Positions 40,734 through 50,251 are shown, counted from the stretch's first letter. The stretch is DNA of 64,000 nt from Gemmatimonadales bacterium (GCA_041615815.1 JBFJCP010000012.1:1-64000), one strand, 5' to 3'. Translations and numbers: made by a program. The notes: generated from the sequence alone by a model not told the origin.

Positions 40734-42350
40734 ATGCAGAGAAAAAGCAAACGCGGATCAGGCCCGCTGACCGTGTCGCCCTGGCGCAGCGTCGGCCATC
40801 TCCTGCGTCAGCGCGCCGAGGTCATGCCAGATCGCGAACTGCTCCGCTTCCAAGGGCGCGCAGCGACATACGGCGAGATCGAGGAGCGCAGTACCAAGCT
40901 GGCGAGTGCGCTGGCGGCGCTCGGCCTGGCGACCGGTGATCGCGTCGCCATCATGCTCCCCAATGGCATCGACTTTCCCGTGGTGTGGCTCGCCGTCGCC
41001 AAAGCGGGGTGCGTGGTGGTCCCGGTCAACGTGCAATACCGCGACGCGGACCTGACCCACGTGCTTCGTGATGCTGGCGTGCGCGCCATCGTGGTGGGGC
41101 TCGAGCAGTTTCCGCAAGTCGACGCGGTGCGATCTCGATGCCCCACCCTGCACCACGTCTCCCTGCTCGCCTCGCCTCCCGCAGGCTGCCACGCCGTGGA
41201 TCTCCATCAAATGGCCGCCGTCGCGCATCCCACGATGGAGTTGGAGTCGGTGAATCCGCAGGACCTCGTCACCATCCAATACACCTCGGGAACCACAGGC
41301 TTTCCCAAGGGCTGTCTGCTCACACACGAGTATTGGCTTCGCCTCGCCACGGCGGTGCGAGACTACGCGGCGATCGACCGGCATGACGTGCTGCTCACGG
41401 CGCAGCCCTTTACCTATATGGATCCCACGTGGAACGTGCTCGTCGCGATGCTTGCCGCTGCGCCCCTCGTGGTGCTCCCGCGGTTCTCGGCCTCCACGTT
41501 CTGGCAATCGGTACGGAACGAGGGAGTGACGTTCTTCTACTGTTTGGGAACGATGCCCCTGTACCTCATGAAACAACCGCCTAATCCGGCTGTCGAACGA
41601 AACCATCGAGTACGACTGGTAATGTGTTCGGGCATTCCACCAACCATGCACGCCGTCTTCGAAGAACGGTGGGCGTGTCCGTGGCGAGAAGTGTACGGCA
41701 CGACGGAATTGGGGGCGGTCCTCTTCGTCCCTGCGTCGGATGACACGAGTGTGGGAACCGGCGCCATGGGAAGACCGGTGCCAGGTCGCGAGGTCCGCGT
41801 GGTGGACGAAGCAGGAGCGGAGGTCGAGCCTGGAACGATCGGGGAGCTCGTGGTGCGCGGGTCTGGGATCATGCTCGGCTACCACGGTGATGCCGAGGCC
41901 ACCGCCAGGTGGCGGCGGTCCGGATGGGCGCATACCGGTGACCTCGTGTATCGAGACGATCGGGGATACTACCACCTGGTCGGTCGGATCAAAGACATGA
42001 TACGTCGCGCTGGGGAGAACATCGCTGCGGCCGAGATCGAGGCCGCGCTGTGCGAACATCCGTCGGTCAGGGCCGCGGCCTGTATCCCCGTTCCCGATGA
42101 GCTTCGTGGTGAGGAAGTGAAGGCGTTCATTCAGCTCCAGCCCGGTCAGTCACCCGCGTCCGTTCCCCCCGCACAGCTCGCGTCCTTCATGCAGGACCGG
42201 GTAGCTGCCTTCAAGGTTCCGCGCTTCTATGAATACGTCGATCAATTCCCGATGACACCGTCGGAGCGAATCGCCAAATCCGAGTTGCTCGCCGCGAAAA
42301 CCGACCAACGCGCCGGCGCGTACGACGTCCTCACCGAAACCTGGGGATAG
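40734..42350 (+). CDS. Acyl-CoA synthetase, crotonobetaine/carnitine-CoA ligase (CaiC)-like
   Basis: YTSGTTGFPKG, YGTTE, HTGD, RIKDMIRRAGEN. Confidence 0.88.
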   Translation: MQRKSKRGSGPLTVSPWRSVGHLLRQRAEVMPDRELLRFQGRAATYGEIEERSTKLASALAALGLATGDRVAIMLPNGIDFPVVWLAVAKAGCVVVPVNVQYRDADLTHVLRDAGVRAIVVGLEQFPQVDAVRSRCPTLHHVSLLASPPAGCHAVDLHQMAAVAHPTMELESVNPQDLVTIQYTSGTTGFPKGCLLTHEYWLRLATAVRDYAAIDRHDVLLTAQPFTYMDPTWNVLVAMLAAAPLVVLPRFSASTFWQSVRNEGVTFFYCLGTMPLYLMKQPPNPAVERNHRVRLVMCSGIPPTMHAVFEERWACPWREVYGTTELGAVLFVPASDDTSVGTGAMGRPVPGREVRVVDEAGAEVEPGTIGELVVRGSGIMLGYHGDAEATARWRRSGWAHTGDLVYRDDRGYYHLVGRIKDMIRRAGENIAAAEIEAALCEHPSVRAAACIPVPDELRGEEVKAFIQLQPGQSPASVPPAQLASFMQDRVAAFKVPRFYEYVDQFPMTPSERIAKSELLAAKTDQRAGAYDVLTETWG

Positions 42351-42355
42351 ACCAG

Positions 42356-43126
42356 ATGCCCAACCACGATCTGCGCCTCGAGCGCCGGGGGCCCGTGGCC
42401 ATCGTCACGTTGGATCGCCCCCGTGTGCTCAATGCGTTACGCCAATCCATGCTGGATCGCTTGCAGGAGATCCTCCAGGAGCTGGCCTACGACGACGCTG
42501 TTCGGGTGCTGATCCTCACGGGCACCGGGCGGGCGTTCTCCGCAGGGATCGACCTGAAGGAAGTAGGACAGGGAACCACCCGGGCGTCTTTGGAACGCAC
42601 CCAGCAGCTCACCCGCGAGCTGATCGGACACCCCAAGATCGTTATTGCCGCGATCAATGGGTTGGCGGTGGGCCTGGGCGCCGAATTGTGCGTGGCCGCC
42701 GATCTCCGGATTGCGGCGCAATCCGCGACCTTCGCCTTCCCTGAGGTCAAACGCGCCCTGTTTGAGACCAACGGCGTGACCTATCTCCTCCCGCGCATCG
42801 TGGGACTGGGCCGAGCCATGGAGTGGTTTGTGACCGGCGACCCCGTCTCTGCGGCGGAGGCACACGCCGCCGGCCTCGTCAACCGGCTGGTAGGGGACGA
42901 CCAATTACTCGATCATGCCATCGAATGGGCCAACGGAATCGCCGCGAATGCACCGATCCCCGTCCGGTTGGTCAAACAGTGCCTGTACCAGGGTCTCGCA
43001 TCGGATCTCGAGCGCATGCTGGAGGCGGAAGTTGAAGGCGTGGTGTCGTGTCTCGAGACCGAGGACTTTCGGGAGGGTATCCGGGCGTTCGTCGAAAAAC
43101 GACTCCCGCAGTACGCCGGACGGTAG
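42356..43126 (+). CDS. Enoyl-CoA hydratase/isomerase
   Basis: AFSAGIDL, AINGLAVGLGAEL, FPEV. Confidence 0.92.
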   Translation: MPNHDLRLERRGPVAIVTLDRPRVLNALRQSMLDRLQEILQELAYDDAVRVLILTGTGRAFSAGIDLKEVGQGTTRASLERTQQLTRELIGHPKIVIAAINGLAVGLGAELCVAADLRIAAQSATFAFPEVKRALFETNGVTYLLPRIVGLGRAMEWFVTGDPVSAAEAHAAGLVNRLVGDDQLLDHAIEWANGIAANAPIPVRLVKQCLYQGLASDLERMLEAEVEGVVSCLETEDFREGIRAFVEKRLPQYAGR

Positions 43127-43136
43127 TCTGCGGTAC

Positions 43137-44390
43137 TCAGGTTGTTCGCGTCGTCCCCGCCCGCGCGAGATCAACGATGGCCGCAGCAGCCACGGCAATC
43201 TCCTCGTCGGTGTTGTAGTAGTGCGGCGAGATTCGCAGGGCCCAGTCCACGCGTTTCTCGGCAAAGTCGATCACCGCGAAGGCGGGCGTGGACACCGAAG
43301 TATTCACGCCACGATCTTCAAGCGCCGCATGAAACTTGGCGGCGTCCCATCCTGGCACCTCCACCGTGACGATCCCGCACGGCAGGGAACCGCGATCGAG
43401 GACGCGAAGCCCTGCTCGGCCGAACGCGGTTCGCAACGCGTTGCTCAATCTTGCGATCCGGGTCGCAATGCGCTGGATACCGACTCCCCGGGCGTACCGC
43501 GCCGCTTCGCCCGCACCCAGCACCAAGGCGTAGGCAAACTCCCAGTTCTCGAACCGCGCCGCGCCGGGGTGCAGCTCGTAGTGGTCGGGACCGGTCCAGC
43601 GCGCGCCTTGCAAATCGATGAAGAGCGGAGCGAGACCCGCCTCGAGGACACGGTCGGATACGTAGAGGAAACCGGACCCTCGCGGACCACGGAGAAACTT
43701 GCGACCGGTGGCACTGAGGAAATCGCAACCCAGGTCAGACACCTCCACGGGCAGCTGCCCCACCGATTGGCACGCGTCCACCAAGTAGAGCACCTCGTAC
43801 GACTGACAGATCTGTCCCACGGCGCGGACTTGCTGCACCAATCCTGAGTTGGTGGGCACATGCGTGACGGCCACGAGTCGTGGCCGCTCGCGCTCGACCA
43901 GCCGCTCGAGCCCTAGGACATCCACACCGCCCTCCGGAGCCACGGGGGCTCGCACGATCCGGACTCCGAGACGCTTGGCCAGCGACAGAAACATCAACTG
44001 ATTGGAGACATAGTCGTCTTGCGTGGTCACGATGGTGTCGCCCGGCTCGAAGGGCACGGCCGACAGAGCCTGAGCGTACGCGGCCGTCGCATTCTCGGCG
44101 AACGCAATATTCCTGGGTGCCGCTCCCACGAGCGCTGCCACCGCGACATAACTCTGCTGCACCGCATCGACCCGCATGGCCGCGGCCTCGTAGCCACCCC
44201 GTTGGGCCTCGAGCTCAATGTGGTCGAGGATCGCGCGGACCACGGAACGGGGCATGAGCGCGGCCCCGGCGTTATTCAAATGGACGCGGTGCTCACACCC
44301 CGGCGTTTCTGCCCGAAGCCGAGTGATTTCGGCGGGCGAAAACGGATCAGAAGTCGCCGGGTCCGTTGAGTCTGTGCCTGTTGGCCTCAT
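43137..44390 (-). CDS. Class V PLP enzyme (C-S lyase/EgtE-like)
   Basis: HLNNAG, DACQSVG, SATGRKFLRGPRG, RISPHYYN. Confidence 0.85.
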   Translation of the reverse strand: MRPTGTDSTDPATSDPFSPAEITRLRAETPGCEHRVHLNNAGAALMPRSVVRAILDHIELEAQRGGYEAAAMRVDAVQQSYVAVAALVGAAPRNIAFAENATAAYAQALSAVPFEPGDTIVTTQDDYVSNQLMFLSLAKRLGVRIVRAPVAPEGGVDVLGLERLVERERPRLVAVTHVPTNSGLVQQVRAVGQICQSYEVLYLVDACQSVGQLPVEVSDLGCDFLSATGRKFLRGPRGSGFLYVSDRVLEAGLAPLFIDLQGARWTGPDHYELHPGAARFENWEFAYALVLGAGEAARYARGVGIQRIATRIARLSNALRTAFGRAGLRVLDRGSLPCGIVTVEVPGWDAAKFHAALEDRGVNTSVSTPAFAVIDFAEKRVDWALRISPHYYNTDEEIAVAAAAIVDLARAGTTRTT

Positions 44391-44472
44391 CGACTCCGTG
44401 TCTCACTCGAGTTCCAAGTTCTGCTCTCCGCCCTCTGCATTCTGGATATCCAACGCCCACCGGGCGATCGCT

Positions 44473-46032
44473 TCAGCCTTTGGCGGGAGGGTCTTGCCCG
44501 GTACGCGCACGATAGATCGCCCGCACCGCATCCACCGTATCGGTCTCGAGCGGGGTCTTGTCTTCCCGGTAGCGTCTCACCCGTGCAAACCGTAGCACCA
44601 AGCCGGCGGGATATTGCGGACTCCGCTGCACATCGTTGAAGGCGACCTCGACCACCAGTTCGGGTCGCACGAACACGGTATGGCCATCGCTACCCACCGC
44701 CAGTTCCTGCAAACGCTCGGTTTGCCAGGCAAGCATCTGGTTCGACAGCCCCTTGAAAGTCTTTCCGAGCATCACGAAACCACCATGCGCTTGGTCGCGG
44801 GCGCCCAGATGGAGGTTGCTGAGCCACCCCCGCCGCCGTCCGTGACCCCACTCTGCGGCTAGCACGACGAGGTCGAGGGTGTGTGCCGGCTTCACTTTGA
44901 GCCATGCTCGCCCTCGACTCCCGGCTTCGTAGCACGTGTCCAACGCCTTGACCATGATCCCCTCGTGACCCGCGGCGCGCGCCGCATCCATGAAGGACTG
45001 GGCAGCCGCTGGATCATGCGTCACCGTGCTGGGGATCAGCAGCCGCGGGGCTGCCAAGTCCCGGAGAAGCCGCCCACGCTGTTCCAGATCTCGGGCGGTG
45101 AGATCGTCACCGTCCACGTACAGGACGTCGAAAAGAAACGGCGACAGCGGAAGGACCCGCCGAAGCCCATCCACATCGAGCTTCCGCCCGAATCGGCGCA
45201 TGGTGATCTGAAACGGATATGGTGACCCATCCGTCTGCAAGGCCATCACCTCCCCGTCCAGGATCAGCTCCCGTGCCGGAAGGGCACGAGTGGCTTCCAC
45301 CACCTCCGGAACGGCCCCCGTCACGTCTCGGAGGCGCCGCGAATACACGCGAACCTCGTCACCTCCCTTGTGCACTTGAATACGGGCTCCATCCAGTTTG
45401 TACTCCAGGGCGGCGCCCCCGAGAAGTCCGATCGCCTCCGCGGCACTCCCCGCTAGCTGCGCGAGCATGGGTTGGACTGGCCGGAATAGCTGGATCGAGA
45501 ATGGGGCAAGCCCGCTCGCCCCGCTCACCAACGTGGCTCGCGCCACGGCACCGAGGTCACCAGCGGCCATCGTTGCGCGACGTATCCGCGCGCTCTCGAG
45601 CCCCGTCGCGCGCGCCACGGCCTCGATCATGATCCCCTCGAGCGCGCCTTGGCGGAGGTCCCCGAGCAGCAATCGGACGAGAAACTGCTGTTCGGTCTGC
45701 GTGGCCTCGGCAAACATCGAGGACAGGAGTTCGCGTTTGGCGCGCGCTGAGCCCTTGCCTGCGATTCCCGCCATTCGCTCGAGGCGCTCGTCCACACTGC
45801 TCACCGTGAGCGTCGCCTCGCCGGCCGGCGGGGTCGCTCGGGCCTCCCGTACGAGGGCCGGCCCTATTCCCAATCGGCCTTGTCGAGGTGCGCCAGACAA
45901 GTACGCGATGACGATCTCGATCTCCTCTGGCGCCACGCAACGTAAGAGCGCGCTCAGGATCGACACTTTGTCAAGGCGTCCGCGTGCCGCCGCGACACGA
46001 TGGGACGTCTGCCCCAACTCGTGAAACAACAC
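44473..46032 (-). CDS. ligB: ATP-dependent DNA ligase (LigB type, with DNA-binding domain)
   Basis: EYKLDG, LDGE, EGIMVK, WLKVK, LRFARV. Confidence 0.93.
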   Translation of the reverse strand: MLFHELGQTSHRVAAARGRLDKVSILSALLRCVAPEEIEIVIAYLSGAPRQGRLGIGPALVREARATPPAGEATLTVSSVDERLERMAGIAGKGSARAKRELLSSMFAEATQTEQQFLVRLLLGDLRQGALEGIMIEAVARATGLESARIRRATMAAGDLGAVARATLVSGASGLAPFSIQLFRPVQPMLAQLAGSAAEAIGLLGGAALEYKLDGARIQVHKGGDEVRVYSRRLRDVTGAVPEVVEATRALPARELILDGEVMALQTDGSPYPFQITMRRFGRKLDVDGLRRVLPLSPFLFDVLYVDGDDLTARDLEQRGRLLRDLAAPRLLIPSTVTHDPAAAQSFMDAARAAGHEGIMVKALDTCYEAGSRGRAWLKVKPAHTLDLVVLAAEWGHGRRRGWLSNLHLGARDQAHGGFVMLGKTFKGLSNQMLAWQTERLQELAVGSDGHTVFVRPELVVEVAFNDVQRSPQYPAGLVLRFARVRRYREDKTPLETDTVDAVRAIYRARTGQDPPAKG

Positions 46033-46124
46033 TATCGAGTCACTCGCGGCTGCAGCGTGTTTGGCACCGCATGGCAACGGATTGGTCCAAGGGACGTACC
46101 GGCATCGCGTATTCTCCGATCACC

Positions 46125-46502
46125 ATGATGTCTTACGAACGATTGGATGCATGGAAGGTCGCTCATGAGCTCGCGGTAGCGGTCTATCGCGCTACCAACG
46201 GGGTGGCCGCGGATCGTCGCGAGGACATCGTGAGCCAACTCCGGCTCGTCTCCATCCTGGCACCGGCAAAGCTGGCGCACGGATCCTCCCGGCGCTCACG
46301 CAAGACGTTTCGGCGATTCGTGGAAATCGCGATCGGGTGTCTCGCGGAACTGGGATACCACGTGCGCCTCGCCGGTCAGGTGGGCCTCCTATCGAATTCC
46401 ACGGTTCAGCGCCTCGATGCTCAGCGGGGTCGGGCGGCGTTCTATGCGTGGAAACTGTATGTCTCGTTGGCGCCCACGCCGGATCCGGGGTCAGCGGATT
46501 GA
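46125..46502 (+). CDS. Four-helix-bundle protein (23S rRNA IVP/Avd-like), divergent
   Basis: YERLDAWKVAHELAVAVYRAT, SQLR, FRRFVEIAIGCLAEL. Confidence 0.75.
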   Translation: MMSYERLDAWKVAHELAVAVYRATNGVAADRREDIVSQLRLVSILAPAKLAHGSSRRSRKTFRRFVEIAIGCLAELGYHVRLAGQVGLLSNSTVQRLDAQRGRAAFYAWKLYVSLAPTPDPGSAD

Positions 46503-46583
46503 TCCAGCGCGCTCGTTTGTCACGTCAACCCGGGCCATGACAACCACCACCGATACGCTCACGCGACGCCTCGTCCTCCGCTC

Positions 46584-47627
46584 TCAACGAAACTCGAGCT
46601 TCGTCACGCGCCCGCTCGGCCCCACTGCCCACCCCGTGCCGGAAGCCGTGAATCCGACACTCCAGTAACTCTCCTCCCGCAGCAGGTGCCAAGTTCGCGC
46701 GTTATCCGACGAGTAGGCCACGCCCGCGGGGCCCACGGCGACGACGACAGGATGCGCCGCGCCGGCATAGGCAATGCCGTAGACGGCGCCGGGAAAGGGC
46801 GGGCGGGCCGCCGGCGTCCACGTTCGCCCGCCATCGGCCGTGACCGCGACATTGTCGGTAAAGCCATTCGGATTGCGCAGCTCGCCGCCGGCCGCAATCC
46901 CATGCTCCCGATCTCGAAACGCCAGTGCCATGATGCCGGACGTGGACGTTCCTGCCACAACCGGCGCGGTAGTGATCGACCAGCTGTCTCCCCCATCCGT
47001 CGTGCGGAACACCCTCGCCGGGCCCCCTGCGCCGGTACCGATCCAGGCAAAGGCGGGGCGAGCCGTCACCAAACAGGTCCCACTGGCGGCGAATCCTCCC
47101 TCGCCGGCCAGGGCAGGCGGAAGACCCGCATCTGGCACCGCATTCCACGAGCGACCGCCGTCTACGGTCCGTACGATCACGAGCTTTCCGCCCACCGCGT
47201 CGCTGAAAGCGATGCCACGATTGGGATCCCAAAAATCGAAGCAGTCGAAGAACGCCTCGAGCACACGGTTGTGAAATTGCAGCGTCCACGTTCGCCCGGC
47301 GTCCACCGTCTTGTAGATACGCGACAGCGGGCCCGATCCGGCGCTCAACAGGTATGCCGTCCGTGCATCCACGGCGTGGACGTCGCGAAACTGAAGCGTA
47401 TCGGCGCCGGGAACAACGCCGAGAAACCACGTATCTCCGCCGTCCTCGGTCCGGGCGAACGTGCCGCGATGGCCCGAGACCCACGCTACACGATTGCTAG
47501 CCGCACTGACGGCCTGAAGGAGCACCGACGTGCCGGACACCTGGTCTCTCATCACCGGGCCTTCCTGCCCGGGGAGTGCCGTCTGCCAGGCAAGGCCCAA
47601 GCTCAACACGGTCACCGGTACACGCAT
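46584..47627 (-). CDS. Exported BNR/Asp-box beta-propeller protein (YCF48-like)
   Basis: Repeated T-x-D-G-G-x-T/S-W boxes; signal peptide. Confidence 0.85.
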   Translation of the reverse strand: MRVPVTVLSLGLAWQTALPGQEGPVMRDQVSGTSVLLQAVSAASNRVAWVSGHRGTFARTEDGGDTWFLGVVPGADTLQFRDVHAVDARTAYLLSAGSGPLSRIYKTVDAGRTWTLQFHNRVLEAFFDCFDFWDPNRGIAFSDAVGGKLVIVRTVDGGRSWNAVPDAGLPPALAGEGGFAASGTCLVTARPAFAWIGTGAGGPARVFRTTDGGDSWSITTAPVVAGTSTSGIMALAFRDREHGIAAGGELRNPNGFTDNVAVTADGGRTWTPAARPPFPGAVYGIAYAGAAHPVVVAVGPAGVAYSSDNARTWHLLREESYWSVGFTASGTGWAVGPSGRVTKLEFR

Positions 47628-47909
47628 GCGATCAATCGACTCCTACGCGGTGATCCCACCTCTCGGAGACATGACTTCCCAATCTGCTGAGGGACCAGGA
47701 TGAGGAATAGCACCTCCTTGCGCTCTCCCCGAGGGGGACCCCTAACGGGATGTGCCCCGCCGCATCATTTTACCCTCTCGGGTCGCGAGATCCGAGAGGT
47801 GCTCGACCGGGTTTGCCGAACCTAACGACGTTCCGCACCGGCGGCCGGGACGCTCATCCAATGCCCGCCGCCGCGCGATTCCGAGAGTTCCGCACAAGGA
47901 GTTTGGACC

Positions 47910-48767
47910 ATGAGCAAGTACGCCAATCCCGATGTCTTGGTCTCGACCGACTGGGTCGAGGCGCATGCCGGAGATCCCGAAATCGTCGTCGCTGAAGTCA
48001 ATGTCGACACGGATCTCTACGACAAGGGTCACGTGCCTGGCGCCGTGGGTTGGAGCTGGAGGACACAGCTGTGCGACACGGTACGGCGTGACATTCTGTC
48101 GAAGCGAGACATGGAGAAGCTGCTGTCCGAATCTGGCGTGAAGCCGGATTCCACGATCGTGCTCTACGGCGATAGCAACAACTGGTTCGCCGCTTGGGCA
48201 TTCTGGCAACTCAAGGTCTACGGACACCGCGATGTCCGCCTCATGAACGGCGGCCGGAAGAAGTGGGAGAAGGAAGGTCGCAAGATGGTGAAAGACAAAC
48301 CGTCGGTGACCAAGACGAAGTATCAGGCCAAGAACGCCGATCTGGCTCTGCGGGCGTTCCTTCCCGAAGTCCGCGAGCAGGTGGACAAGAAGAAGGTGGA
48401 ACTGGTGGACGTCCGCAGCCCGCAGGAGTTCAGTGGTGAGGTCCTTGCGCCCCCCGGGCTTCCCGAAACCTGCCAACGAGGCGGCCACATTCCCGGTGCG
48501 TCCAACATCCCTTGGGCCAAGGCCGTCAACGACGAAGATGGCACGTTCAAGAGCGCCGACGAGCTGCGCAAGATCTACCAGGAGGCCGGGATCACCGGCA
48601 AGAAGCCCATCATCGCCTACTGCCGTATTGGCGAGCGTAGCAGCCACTCGTGGTTTGTGCTCAAGTACCTCTTGGGATACGACGGCGTCAAGAATTACGA
48701 CGGATCGTGGACCGAGTGGGGGAATCTGGTGGGGGCACCCGTAGCGGTGGGGCCGAACAGCGGCTAA
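47910..48767 (+). CDS. Tandem rhodanese thiosulfate sulfurtransferase (CysA/SseA type)
   Basis: LVSTDW, GHVPGA, DVRSPQEF, active loop YCRIGERSS, YDGSWTEW; AAGGAG RBS. Confidence 0.95.
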   Translation: MSKYANPDVLVSTDWVEAHAGDPEIVVAEVNVDTDLYDKGHVPGAVGWSWRTQLCDTVRRDILSKRDMEKLLSESGVKPDSTIVLYGDSNNWFAAWAFWQLKVYGHRDVRLMNGGRKKWEKEGRKMVKDKPSVTKTKYQAKNADLALRAFLPEVREQVDKKKVELVDVRSPQEFSGEVLAPPGLPETCQRGGHIPGASNIPWAKAVNDEDGTFKSADELRKIYQEAGITGKKPIIAYCRIGERSSHSWFVLKYLLGYDGVKNYDGSWTEWGNLVGAPVAVGPNSG

Positions 48768-48790
48768 CGGCATCTTCGTCCGCGGTGATC

Positions 48791-48825
48791 GACGGGGCGC
48801 GCGTTTGCGCGCCCCGTCTTCTTTT
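48791..48825 (+). terminator. Rho-independent terminator
   Basis: GACGGGGCGCGC-GTTT-GCGCGCCCCGTC followed by TTCTTTT. Confidence 0.9.
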
Positions 48826-49102
48826 ACCGACGCATGAACTATATCACAAGTTGGGCGTGCCGCGAGACGCAGACCTGCCGATCGCAAGTCTCGTATCTTG
48901 GACTTGCCTACGAGTGTCGGCGATTCCCATACCTGTCTCGAAAACGGACGCCCTGCATCAAAACCTTACGCCTCTGGCCTCCGTCTCGGCTCAACTTCTT
49001 GAACTGGCAGGGATCTTATCCGGCACCGGCCGTCGGCAGCAGCCGTCCGCCCGTCGCGAGCGCGCCGTGCCGATGTTTGAACGACAACAGGAGACGAGGA
49101 TA

Positions 49103-49528
49103 ATGAGGAAGATCATTCGCGCAGTGTCGCTGACGTTTTCCCTCACGGCCGTGGCCGCTTGTAGCAGCCCCACCGAACTTACGGTACAAAACCTCGAAGG
49201 TACCTGGGATGCGTCTCAGATTTTGTTCACCAACCAGGCCAACACAGCCGAAACCGTCGAGGAGATTGCACTTGGGGCGAGCCTGGTTGTGACCGTGAAT
49301 GCTGACGGTACGATCAGCAGCTTGTACACCGACCCGCAGGGGGGCACCAGCTCCGATTCGGGCGCCTTGAATGCCGAAGGAACTCAGTTGACCCTCGCGG
49401 GGGACACCTTCCAGGCAAACTTATCAGGCGGCAGCCTCCGCCTCATCGATGCGACGAGCACCTACGACTTCGATAGCGACGGGACCGACGATCCGGCAAC
49501 GTTGACCATCGACCTGGTACGCCGCTAG
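49103..49528 (+). CDS. Lipoprotein, lipocalin-like beta-barrel
   Basis: Lipobox VAAC; LEGTW motif; beta-strand-rich; AGGAG/GAGG upstream. Confidence 0.75.
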   Translation: MRKIIRAVSLTFSLTAVAACSSPTELTVQNLEGTWDASQILFTNQANTAETVEEIALGASLVVTVNADGTISSLYTDPQGGTSSDSGALNAEGTQLTLAGDTFQANLSGGSLRLIDATSTYDFDSDGTDDPATLTIDLVRR

Positions 49529-49768
49529 ACAGACTGTTACCCAACACCATGCGGGCGTCCACCAGGGCGCCCGTGTGGCGTTGGCACCATCCGGCGGCCC
49601 GAACGCGAGCCCTCGCGCAAGACATTTCGAGGCTGCACCAACACGAACGTGTTCTTAGCCCGCCATCAATCGCCGCGTGCGCGGACAGCGGTGATCCACC
49701 CTATCACCACAACACCCCTCATGGACGCCCCAAGAGGTTCCTTCCCGCAGCCGACGGCGATCACGCGC

Positions 49769-49796
49769 TTAACACCCGCCCGCCGGTTCCGTCATA
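49769..49796 (+). promoter_or_regulatory. ECF-sigma-like promoter candidate
   Basis: TTAAC-N16-CGTCATA about 45 nt upstream of ATG 49842. Confidence 0.3.
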
Positions 49797-49841
49797 CGGG
49801 CAGCAAGGGGACGAGAACCGAGGAAACAACGGGAGACGCAA

Positions 49842-50210
49842 ATGCGATATCTACAGACCATACTGCTTGCTGCCCTGCTCGCGGTGGCGTGGCCGATGGA
49901 CGCGAGCGCGCAGCGGCCCGACGCTCCTCGCACGGCGCGCAAGGCAATGGCCTCGCACCACCATGCCAAGCACCGCGCGCTCCGGCGCGACCGCCTCGAA
50001 GACAGGCGCGACCGACGCGAGGACCGCCGTGACCGGCGCGAAGATAAGTGGGACCGGCGTGAGGACGTGCTCGACCGTCGTCACGACGGTGGACGCCGGG
50101 ACCGTCTCGAGGACGTGCGCGACCGACGCGAGGATCGTCGAGACCGTTTGGAGAATAAGCGTGACCGGCGGGAAGACCGGCGAGACCGCAAGCGCGGATT
50201 CCCCGGGTAA
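49842..50210 (+). CDS. Small secreted protein with Arg/Asp/Glu heptad repeats
   Basis: Signal peptide ending ASA-Q; about ten RRDRRED-type repeats; GGAG RBS. Confidence 0.8.
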   Translation: MRYLQTILLAALLAVAWPMDASAQRPDAPRTARKAMASHHHAKHRALRRDRLEDRRDRREDRRDRREDKWDRREDVLDRRHDGGRRDRLEDVRDRREDRRDRLENKRDRREDRRDRKRGFPG

Positions 50211-50216
50211 GCATGC

Positions 50217-50246
50217 CACGCCGCGGGCCTTAGGGCCCGCGGCGTG
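50217..50246. terminator. Hairpin between convergent genes
   Basis: CACGCCGCGGGCC-TTAG-GGCCCGCGGCGTG perfect 13-bp stem. Confidence 0.7.
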
Positions 50247-50251
50247 CACGG

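Noticed and set aside
43137..44390. Cysteine desulfurase (SufS/IscS) call
   Set aside because: The C-terminal catalytic Cys loop (RxGxHCA or SSGSAC) is not present; kept as a generic class V C-S lyase-like enzyme.
46125..46502. Diversity-generating retroelement suggested by the Avd-like gene
   Set aside because: No reverse transcriptase or template/variable repeat pair seen in the window.
49980..50200. 21-bp periodic DNA that might be a CRISPR array or VNTR
   Set aside because: No constant repeat with unique spacers; periodicity follows the RRDRRED coding repeat with synonymous variation; no cas genes.
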